Shown: piece by piece, positions 23,520-33,620 of the stretch
Position numbering within the stretch: the stretch's first letter is position 1
Layout: every line of letters begins with the position of its first letter
Assembly (NCBI GenBank): GCA_048213135.1
Contig: PS015076.1
Location: 63,264 to 102,294 of the forward strand
Length of the DNA stretch: 39,031 nt
From: Reclinomonas americana ATCC 50394
Lineage: Eukaryota
Direction: 5' to 3'
Notes under the pieces: generated by a model
What the model was told of the DNA's origin: nothing
The model's database searches: none
Seen by the model: only the letters and a program-made list of their open reading frames with translations
Made by a program: the position numbers and the translations under genes

Positions 23520-23578
23520 GTTGTGTTATATTGATTTGTGGTGTAAAATTCCGATGCGTTGTCCGCCAATATATATTT

Positions 23579-23583
<5 letters not shown>

Positions 23584-23676
<93 letters not shown>

Positions 23677-23720
23677 TGTGTGTGTGTATGTGTGTGTGTA
23701 TGTGTGTATGTGTATGTGTA
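23584..23720. repeat. (GT)n microsatellite
   Basis: About 90 bp of pure GT followed by degenerate GT. Confidence 0.95.
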
Positions 23721-23835
23721 TGCGAGAGAGAGGGAGAAAGAGAGAGAATGGAATGCAAATGAGTGATTCAGTGTCAGTGTGTGTGTGTGTAAGTGTGCGT
23801 GTGTGTGTGTGAGAGAGAGAGAAAGGTGAGTGCAC

Positions 23836-24295
23836 AGTCCTGTTGCACTTTACATTACGCTTCACGACTTGTCCATGAGCGAAGACAACTGCAGGTCCGT
23901 CTTGCTAACAGTCGCTTCATCCTTGCTCCTCGTACAGCTGTCTCGTGTTTGGTTTGAGTGTTTAGAGCTGCCTCTGTCTTTCTTTCACCCCCTCTCTCTC
24001 TTCTATCTCTTTCTCTCTCTCTCTCTCTTTCTCTTTCTCTTTCTCTCTCACTCTCTCTCAGAGAAATCGATTCTAAATGAGAGACTTCTGCATCCGTCTC
24101 AGCGCCACACTCTGCAGAACGTCGCACGCTGCATCTCTTCATGAGTGTCTCGCAGCGTTTTGCTGTCCTATTGCACTTTACATAACGCTTCACGACTTGT
24201 CCATGAGCGAAGACAGGTCCGTCTGTGCACAGTCGCTTCATCCTTCCCCCTCATACAGCTGTCTCGTCTTTGATTTGAGTGTTTCGAGCTGCCTC
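23836..24295. repeat. Direct duplication of a ~130-bp unit
   Basis: gtcctrttgcactttacatwacgcttcacgacttgtccatgagcgaagaca...tttgagtgttt.gagctgcctct at ~23838-23976 and ~24165-24295. Confidence 0.85.
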
Positions 24296-24403
24296 TCTCT
24301 TTCTCTCTCTTTCTCTCTCTCTCTCTCTCATGCGTCTAACCCATGCATGTTCCTTCGCAGTTGTTCCGCCGCTCCTGATCATGACTCGGTAGAGGCACCA
24401 CTA

Positions 24404-25574
24404 ATGGGACTGGATGCCCTTGATGAACGCGCGCCGCTTCCTGGCGTCACGAAGGAGGAGGAGACAATACAACGACTTCTGCGCGCCGAGGCGCGTTTCA
24501 AAATCGAAACACTCGCGAGGGAGTGCTTCACACGGACGAAGAATTTCGGTGGGCGCTGTGTCACTCCTGGTCTCCTAATTCACAGTCTCACAGCTCGTCG
24601 TGCCATGCAGTCGTCCCGACCGCACCCACGATTGTTCCTGCAAACGAGACAGAGGAGGTGACGAGTGCCGAGGTCACCGAAATGGCCGCAGTCATTGGTG
24701 AGAGTGACTAGTACTGGTATCGTCTCGATCTGCGCCCGCCGTTGTCCCCCAACGATATGTGCAGACCGTTTGCTCGGCGAGAATCTGCTCACGCTACGCT
24801 GGGACTCGGTGCCTGCGTACCGTGGGTTGCGTCTGCACGAGCGACGCATGGCCGCCGCACGTGAGCGAATGGCGCTCTTGTGTGACAACAACGACCCCAC
24901 TGCCATCGACGGCAGCAAGCTGTGCGAAAGTACGCTCGTTGCCTCGTACAGCACAGCGCAACGTATTGCTCATGGTGCCCATTTCCATTTGTTGAAAATA
25001 GGCTGGCTACGTGGCATTCTGGTTGGAGGGTGGCAGCAGCTCGGAAGAGTTGCGAGCCGTGTTGGCGGACTGGGAACAGGCGGTTCGCGTGTTTGACAGG
25101 CAGGAAGTCGCGCTGATTTGTGGCGGGGGAACGATGGGCTACCGAGTTGAGTGAGGAGATTCGCAAGTTCTCACCCGCGTTGTATTCGTGCTGACTGCCG
25201 TGGTTGCGCAGGCGCCAGAGAGCGAAATACACCCCCTGGCCGGCAGCGACGAGGATGAGATCACACAATGGAGTTGCGCATCCGACATGTGGAGTGCCGG
25301 TGTGGTGATTGCCGAGGCGTTGCTGAGCCGCAAGATGGTGCAAATCGACTCCTCGTTGTCGCGCCTGCCGCCAACGAAAGTGGCCAAGACGCTGCTCAGG
25401 ATGCTAGAGGACAAGTGCAGCAGTCGCCACCACAAGACGATTACTGAGGAGCTGTACTTCCAGCGGGGTGTCGACCTGGTCGAGGCACTCCTGGTGCTCG
25501 ATCCACAACGCCGACTGACGGCGGAGCAGGCGCTGGAGAGCGACTTTTGCGTGTTTATGACACGCTCTGTGTAA
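24404..25574 (+). CDS. Protein kinase-like gene with only the activation segment and C-lobe recognisable (pseudokinase or truncated gene)
   Basis: LRAVLADWEQ...GGTMGYR|APE, SDMWSAGVVIAE and DLVEALLVLDPQRRLTAEQALESDF. No GxGxxG, VAIK or HRD motif was found upstream. Confidence 0.7.
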
Positions 25575-25610
25575 CACGCAGTGAGCAGCAGCCATCGGCG
25601 TCAACAACGA

Positions 25611-26012
25611 CAACAACAACAACAACAACAAGAAGAAGAAGAAGAAGAAGAAGAAGAAGAAGAAGAAGAAGAANNNNNNNNNNNNNNNNNNNNNNNNNNN
25701 NNNNNNNNNNNNNNNNNNNNNNNNNNNNNNNNNNNNNNNNNNNNNNNNNNNNNNNNNNNNNNNNNNNNNNNNNNNNNNNNNNNNNNNNNNNNNNNNNNNN
25801 NNNNNNNNNNNNNNNNNNNNNNNNNNNNNNNNNNNNNNNNNNNNNNNNNNNNNNNNNNNNNNNNNNNNNNNNNNNNNNNNNNNNNNNNNNNNNNNNNNNN
25901 NNNNNNNNNNNNNNNNNNNNNNNNGAAAGAAAGAAAGAAGAAAGAAGAAGAAGAAGAAGAAGAAGAGAAGAAGAAGAAGAAGAAGAAGAAGAAGAAGAAG
26001 AAGAAGAAGAAG

Positions 26013-26045
<33 letters not shown>
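25611..26045. repeat. (CAA)n/(GAA)n/(GCA)n trinucleotide microsatellite around an assembly gap
   Basis: Directly visible in the sequence. Confidence 0.9.
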
Positions 26046-26047
<2 letters not shown>

Positions 26048-26215
26048 CAGTAGTAGTATGTTGCGACTTGGTTTTGCGACAAATCACACTGCTACACCGC
26101 AGTGTGGCCTTCTTTTCAGAAACAAGTCGATGTTATCCTCCACCAAACACTTCTGCAAGAAGACAAGAGCGAGGTACGACCAACTTCACAGGACTCTCTT
26201 TGTTCATTTTTCCCA

Positions 26216-26478
26216 ATGTCATCACGCGGTGGTCGCGGTGTCGGCGGCTTCCTCCTCAAACGCGGAGGCGCCTTTACCGAAAAGTGGCAAAAGCGATGGT
26301 TCCAGTGGGACGACGCTCGTCGCGAGTTGGCCTACTATACTAATGATGATGTTGAGTGGAGAATAGAGAAGAGGGAGAGAGAGAGAGTGAGTGAGTGAGT
26401 GAGCAGTAAGTGATGGTGAGAGAGAGTGTGTGTGTGAGCGAGTGAGTGAGTGAGTGAGTGATCGAGTGAGTGTGTGAG

Positions 26479-26561
<83 letters not shown>

Positions 26562-27458
26562 NNNNNNNNNNNNNNNNNNNNNNNNNNNNNNNNNNNNNNN
26601 NNNNNNNNNNNNNNNNNNNNNNNNNNNNNNNNNNNNNNNNNNNNNNNNNNNNNNNNNNNNNNNNNNNNNNNNNNNNNNNNNNNNNNNNNNNNNNNNNNNN
26701 NNNNNNNNNNNNNNNNNNNNNNNNNNNNNNNNNNNNNNNNNNNNNNNNNNNNNNNNNNNNNNNNNNNNNNNNNNNNNNNNNNNNNNNNNNNNNNNNNNNN
26801 NNNNNNNNNNNNNNNNNNNNNNNNNNNNNNNNNNNNNNNNNNNNNNNNNNNNNNNNNNNNNNNNNNNNNNNNNNNNNNNNNNNNNNNNNNNNNNNNNNNN
26901 NNNNNNNNNNNNNNNNNNNNNNNNNNNNNNNNNNNNNNNNNNNNNNNNNNNNNNNNNNNNNNNNNNNNNNNNNNNNNNNNNNNNNNNNNNNNNNNNNNNN
27001 NNNNNNNNNNNNNNNNNNNNNNNNNNNNNNNNNNNNNNNNNNNNNNNNNNNNNNNNNNNNNNNNNNNNNNNNNNNNNNNNNNNNNNNNNNNNNNNNNNNN
27101 NNNNNNNNNNNNNNNNNNNNNNNNNNNNNNNNNNNNNNNNNNNNNNNNNNNNNNNNNNNNNNNNNNNNNNNNNNNNNNNNNNNNNNNNNNNNNNNNNNNN
27201 NNNNNNNNNNNNNNNNNNNNNNNNNNNNNNNNNNNNNNNNNNNNNNNNNNNNNNNNNNNNNNNNNNNNNNNNNNNNNNNNNNNNNNNNNNNNNNNNNNNN
27301 NNNNNNNNNNNNNNNNNNNNNNNNNNNNNNNNNNNNNNNNNNNNNNNNNNNNNNNNNNNNNNNNNNNNNNNNNNNNNNNNNNNNNNNNNNNNNNNNNNNN
27401 NNNNNNNNNNNNNNNNNNNNNNNNNNNNNNNNNNNNNNNNNNNNTAGTGTGTGTCGTC

Positions 27459-27540
<82 letters not shown>

Positions 27541-29222
27541 GCTCCACCAAAAAAGGCGTCTTCCCCTACGACGGCATGCTGGAAATGCGCAAGGAGTCCA
27601 TCAAGCCCAACGTTGTGCTTCTTCTCACACCCTCACCTATCTCTCTCACACTCACTCATTCACTGCTCTCTCTCTCTCTCACTCACTCGCACAGTGCTTC
27701 AGTGTTCTGGTGAACAAGAAGCCGCAGAACCGCAGTCACAAGCCCACACAGTACTTTCTGGTCGCGCGCAGTGAGAACGAAGTCGATTTGTGGATGGAGC
27801 TCATTGCGCGTCAGTCGCCACACATTCCCTCGTTGCAGCGGGAGGCCATGATTGATGATGATGATGATGACGATGATGTTGGCGGCGACGATGGTGGTGA
27901 TAAAGTCCGTGATGAGACAGGCACTGGAACAGCTGCTGTGGGCTCGCTGGGAGCAAAGAGTGTCACTGGCGATGTTGTCCTTGGCGGTACTGCAGAGACC
28001 GCAGTGACTGTGCCTGCTGCGATGGAGACCGCTGCTGCGGTGGGAGAGGAGGAGGTGTGCTGTGAAATGCGCGTTCGTCTGCTGCATTGCGTGTCTTAGC
28101 GTGTGTGCGCGCGCAGAGTGGTGGCAGTGCGTCGCGTGTGGCGCCCAAGCGACCGATTTTGTATTCGTACCCGGCGTCGGTGCATGGCTGGCGATGTGAG
28201 TTGGCGTTGCGCGAGAAGAACGTCAAGTATGATGTGCAGTCGCCGCCGGGTGGATTGAAGAGGTTTGTTTTTGGGAAAGGAGGGGTTTCTACTTCAGTGT
28301 TCTCTTTTTCGCTATGACGCTCTCTCTCTCTCTCGCTTTCTCTCTCCAGCGTGCGCCGCTTCCCCCTTCTCCTCCTTTCTTCTCTCACTCCCTCTGTCCC
28401 TTCTGCATTCTCTCACTTACTCTTACCTGCTTGTTCAACTTTCTCTCCACCGTCCTCTGCTTCCTCCCCTCTCATCCTCTCCTCTCTTCTCATCCTCGTC
28501 TCCCACCACAGCCGCGAGTTCCTCGCCATGAACCCCCGCGGCCAAGTACCCGTATTCGTCGACGAGAACGTGGTGGTGCGTGAGAGCGTGGCCATCATGG
28601 AGTACATTGAGCGGGCGTTCATCGGACACGCCTTTCCGCGACTGAGCCCGCCCGCCGACAATGCACTTCAAGTGTCGCGCTTCATGGTACGCACGACGGC
28701 GACTATGCCACACACATCACGCTCACCCGCCTCCCTCGCCTCTCCAGGAATGCATGAACAACCTCAGCTTCCTCACCCACATTGCAGAGCCAGTCATGTG
28801 GCACTGCGTCTCGCTGCAAGTATTACCGCCCGACATGCTGCTGGATCGCGTCCGTCTCGCCATTCGCGAACTGCGCTACTGGAACGACTGCCTGCTGGAG
28901 AGCGCCGGCCCCTTTGTCCTCGGCGCCTCGCTGACCATGGTGCGTCTTGATGCAGCCTCCGTCTCACGCGCACACACCGCGTGTAGCTCACACATGCATC
29001 CAGGTCGATCTGGGCCTCCTCCCACACGTCTCACTGCTCTCCGACCTCGGCATCGACCTGTCCGGAATGCGACGTCTCGCCGACTGGCGCGACACCATGT
29101 TCACACGGCAATCGGTGCGCGACACGTACCGAGAGACACCAGAAGGCCGCGGCGTGCTCAACACAGCACCCATTCGCGAACTCCTGCAAGCCAGCGAAGT
29201 CGACGCTGCACGAAGAAAGTAA
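26216..29222 (+). CDS. PH domain-glutathione S-transferase fusion protein, 7 visible exons
   Basis: PH: GFLLKRGGAFTEKWQKRWF...KPN|CFSV...YFLVARSENEVDLWMELI. An acidic linker follows. GST-N: ILYSYPAS..WRCELAL, EFLAMNPRGQVPVFVDENVVVRESVAIMEYIE. GST-C: GPFVLGASLTM|VDL...RLADW. Junctions are in phase; an N gap lies in intron 1. Confidence 0.85.
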
Positions 29223-29290
29223 AAACCGTCGTCCTCGTGTCCTCAATCACCTTGATCGTTGCAGTTGCCAGTGAGCTCGCGCGCACAGTC

Positions 29291-32200
29291 ATGGCGCAAG
29301 TGTACAAGCACATTCACTGCTTCTTCTGTGGTGGTGCCTCTTGCAAACACGAAGACTGGCAGTTGAGCGTTATTCACACTCATTTTCTTTCACTCTCACA
29401 CTGATTGTGACTGACACACAGACGAGCTCTGAGTGGACCCAACCCGCGACTTGCGCTGGAGGGACTTCACTCTCACTGGGTCACTGATTACATTGTGGCG
29501 TCGCAGAGGCCGAGTCAGCGACTCATGCGCGAGTATAACGTCATTCAGCAGTTCAAAGAGCGCGGGATTGCCGCCATTTTTAACTTGCAGGAGGCCAAGG
29601 AGCATCCGAGTTGAGTGAGAGAGATAAGGGGAAGAGTAAGGGGGAGAGGGAGGAGAGGGAGATGAGTGGAGAAGAGTTGCTGTTTTGTGATCGGACAACC
29701 TGTATCATGTACCTTTCTGTTGAGTCTTCGTGGCTTTTGTTTCTGTCTGTTCACTCTTCTCGCCCCACTTTGCATTCACTCTCTTCTTTCTAATCTTCGT
29801 TCTTTCCCCTCTTCATCAGGCATCATGTTCTTTAACCGCTTCTCTTCTCTTCTCCTTCTGTTCTCTTCGAGATCTTCTGTCTTCTTCGTCCTCCTCCCCG
29901 TTCTCCTCATCCGCTGCCTTCTGTATGGCTCTACGTTGCTCATCTATCTTTCTCCCCTCTTCATGAGGCTTCTCGTTCTTGAACTGCTTCTCTTCTCCTT
30001 CTCTTTCTTCTCTTCCTCTTCTGTTTTCTTCTTCCTCCTCCCCGTTCTCCTTCTCCGCTGCCTTCTGTTTGTCTCAACGTTGCTCATCCCTCTTCATCAG
30101 ATCCCTCGTTCTTGAACCTCTTCTTCTTCTTCTCCTCCTCGTTCACTTCTTCCGCTGCATTCTGTGTCGCTCCTATTCTTCAGTTTCGACTTCATCTTTT
30201 CTATTCCTTCTCCCTTGTCTTCCTTCGTCTCCGTCCACCTCGTTCTTGTTTCCGTCGCTTCCCTCTTCTGTCTTCCTCTTCCTCCTCCCCGCTCTCCTCC
30301 TCCTCCTCCTCGTTCTCCTTTACCGCTGCATTCTGTAAGACTAAATGTTGCTCATCTCGCTCTCCTCCCCTCTTCATCAGGTCCCTCGTCGTTAAACCTC
30401 TTCTTCTTCTTCTTCTCCCAGTTCTCCTCCGCTACTACATTCTGTAATGCTCCTGTTCTTCGGTTTCGCCTTCACCTTTCTCTTCTTCTTCGCCTCGTTG
30501 TTCTCCCTCCTGCCTTCCTCCTCCTCCTCCTCCTCCTCAGCGTCCTCCTTCTTGTTCCCTCATCTTCTTTGCCTCCTTTTCTCTTCCCTCTCCTCCTCCT
30601 CCTCCTCCTCCTCCTCCTCCTTCTTCTTCTTCTTCTTCTTCTTCTTCTCCTCCCCCTCCTTCTCCCTCCCCGCTCACCCCCTTCCCCTCTCTCCACAGGC
30701 TGCGGCGATGGCATCCTCCCCGAGATCGGCTTCTCCTACGACCCAGTGGATTTCCAGCGCGAAGGCAGTTGCGTATTCAACCTCGCCTTCTCTCCTCCGG
30801 CCTTCACTCACACTTTCCTCTCTTTTCTCAGTCTCCTACTACAATCTGTGCTGGCGCGACATGACGGCACCCGACTACAACATTGTCATGAACATTTGCC
30901 ACCTGGCGGCCATGCATCGCGAGTACGACCAGAAAATCCTCGTGCACTGCCATGCGGGACTCGGTCGCACTGGCCTGGTGATCTCGTGCTTTCTCGTTTT
31001 CCACGAGGGCCTCTCGGCACAAGAGGCCATCACGCACACCAGAGCAAAGAGGTCGGGCCGCGTTGCATAGTTCTGTGTGCGCCCTTGTCGCTCACCACGC
31101 TGTGCAGACCCAAGTCCATTCAGACGCGCGGTCAAGTCCGTTTCGTGTATCGCTTTGCCGAGTATGTGTCGCTGCTGAGGCGCGTGTACGAGGATGTGCC
31201 GGCCAAGCGAATGTCGCTGCATGGAATCATGGAGAAGCAGCGGATTCTTTGTTGCGTGGGCTGCATGACAGCCATGATGATCAGCCCATTCTTTCTGTAC
31301 CCCTAATTTCTAGTTCCCGTTCTGCTTCTTTTTCGCAAGCTCGTTCTCCACTCCTGGCATCTCTTCTCTTTCTGCTCTCACAAGGCACCCTTTCACAACA
31401 CCTTTTCTGTCTTCGTCTCCTTGCCCCCATCCTTTCACGACTTCCACTTGTCTTCTCTCTTTCTACTCTCCCCTCACACTCCGTTTTCCTTTCCCTTTCC
31501 CTCTCCCTGTCGCACTTCACTCGTGTCCTTTCTTTTCTTCCCGCACNNNNNNNNNNNNNNNNNNNNNNNNNNNNNNNNNNNNNNNNNNNNNNNNNNNNNN
31601 NNNNNNNNNNNNNNNNNNNNNNNNNNNNNNNNNNNNNNNNNNNNNNNNNNNNNNNNNNNNNNNNNNNNNNNNNNNNNNNNNNNNNNNNNNNNNNNNNNNN
31701 NNNNNNNNNNNNNNNNNNNNNNNNNNNNNNNNNNNNNNNNNNNNNNNNNNNNNNNNNNNNNNNNNNNNNNNNNNNNNNNNNNNNNNNNNNNNNNNNNNNN
31801 NNNNNNNNNNNNNNNNNNNNNNNNNNNNNNNNNNNNNNNNNNNNNNNNNNNNNNNNNNNNNNNNNNNNNNNNNNNNNNNNNNNNNNNNNNNNNNNNNNNN
31901 NNNNNNNNNNNNNNNNNNNNNNNNNNNNNNNNNNNNNNNNNNNNNNNNNNNNNNNNNNNNNNNNNNNNNNNNNNNNNNNNNNNNNNNNNNNNNNNNNNNN
32001 NNNNNNNNNNNNNNNNNNNNNNNTCCCCCTTTCCTCCCCCTCTCCTCCCCTTACCTTTCCCCTTCCTCTCCCTTTCCTCCCCCTTTCCTCCACCGTTCCT
32101 CTGCCTCTTCCCTCCGCCTCTTCCCTCCTTCTGCTTCCCCTCCTTTTCCCTTACTCTCCCCCCTTTCCCTTACTCTTCCCCTTTCCCCCACCCTTTCCCT

Positions 32201-33564
32201 ACATCAGTGCACGGCATCGAATACCGCGAGCTCCGGCACACCCCAAAGATCGTGCACTGCACGTGCGCCGCCATGGAGGACGTGTTCGCCACGTTTGTCT
32301 CCGACGACCAGCGCAACGACGCCCTCCTCTCCCTGCTGACGTACGACAATGAGCAGCACCACAATGCCATTTCGGAGGCCATGGTGCGCTTTTCTCTCTC
32401 ACTCTCTCGACGCCCACACAGTCACCTCTCACCACCCGTGCCTGCAGGCGGAGCTGAACGAAGGCTGGTACGTCTGCCTGGACACCAACACGGCCGAGGA
32501 GTTGCCGATGATCTTTGCGCTCCTCATTCGATTCCTGTACTCCTTGAAGGTTTTTTTAACCACCACGATTACTGTCTCCTTCTCCGCCTCTCTCCCCTCA
32601 CCTCCCCGTGCAGGAACCAGTGCTGTCTGCCAACGAAATCACCATACTGCTGTCGGAGCCGGAGGATGCACGTCGCGCGGCGGTGTCACCTCTCGACAGA
32701 CTGCACCGCGACATGCGCTTCACGGTGGCCAGAATATTGGAGATGCTGCAGCGCATTCTCGAGTGGTCGCACATCTCCGGAGGCGCAGCTGCTGCTGCTG
32801 CTGCGGGCACGGGACTCCAGCTGTCCCCCATCGTCGACTCGTTTATGCCCTCCCGCGTCCCCAACGTCTCCGCATTACCAATGCTGGAGCCTCTGGAGGT
32901 GGCCTCGAGTGCGCCGCCGCCGCCGGTGAGTCGCTCATTCTCTTTCACTCACTCTCCCCGTTCCCCTGTCCTCACCCGCCTGCGCAGCCGCCAGAGGGCA
33001 AGCTGCACCGACTGGTCGCCAAGCAAGTGGCCGGCGAGCTTCTTGCCGCACTCACGCACGATCGCAACATGCTGTGGGTACAACCGTCCAGCGCCGAAGC
33101 CGTGGCGTCGGCACCACCGCCAGCACCCACACCTCCACTGGTCATTCTCTGGCACGAGCTCATTCGCAGTGGACGCATTCCACGGCTGCCCGGCACGGCC
33201 GCCCACGCCGCCGCCCTCAAGGAGTCGCCGCTCTCCACCGACTCGTGGAATGCTCCCGATCTGTACCAGGAGCCCGACTCTGACACAATTGCGCGCATCA
33301 TTGAGGAGGCTGGTGCGTGGCGCGAGCGCTGCAGGAGACCACATTCGCTCGCTCACACTGTTCACACAGAGGCCAACGAGGCCATTCTGCAGAGTCCTTC
33401 CTGCGTGGCGCAGCAGGCCGATGCACAAATGGGAGAGATTGTCGACGATGCCGAAGGTGAAGCCTCCTCCTCCATGCTGTCGCCTCCCCCTTTCCCCTCC
33501 CGCTCACCGTCTCCCTCGCGCAGACGACGAAATGCTGGACTCGGAGGCCGAGTTGCCCGAGTAG
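29291..33564 (+). CDS. PTPDC1: Protein tyrosine phosphatase domain-containing protein 1 (dual-specificity phosphatase family)
   Basis: CFFCGGASCKHEDW, EGLHSHWVTDYIVASQRPS, NLQEAKEHPSCG, catalytic HCHAGLGRTG, RPKSIQTRGQ and QRILLHGIEYRELRHTPKIV all match PTPDC1-family motifs as I recall them. Confidence 0.9.
29800..30460. repeat. Degenerate pyrimidine-rich tandem repeats in PTPDC1 intron 2
   Basis: ccgctgcmttctgt...gttgctcatc...cctcttcatcag...cctcttcttc units recur several times. Confidence 0.7.
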
Positions 33565-33620
33565 CATTAAAACATTCGGCTATACACTAAAAAAAACTAT
33601 GGAAAAAACATCATGTTATG

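Noticed and set aside
25002-25574. Calling the kinase fragment CDC7
   Set aside because: The DMWSAG and RRLTAEQAL motifs are shared by many kinases, and the diagnostic N-terminal motifs are absent.
26351-30773. Reading the GTTG donors as non-canonical TT-starting introns
   Set aside because: Cutting after the G with the same AG acceptor frameshifts the genes. Shifting both ends spoils motifs such as KPNCF. GT-AG fits every case with a visible acceptor.
378-32022. Long ORF-track entries spanning N runs or GA/CT/GT microsatellites (poly-X, ERERER, SLSLSL, CVCVCV)
   Set aside because: Artefacts of assembly gaps and low-complexity intron sequence.
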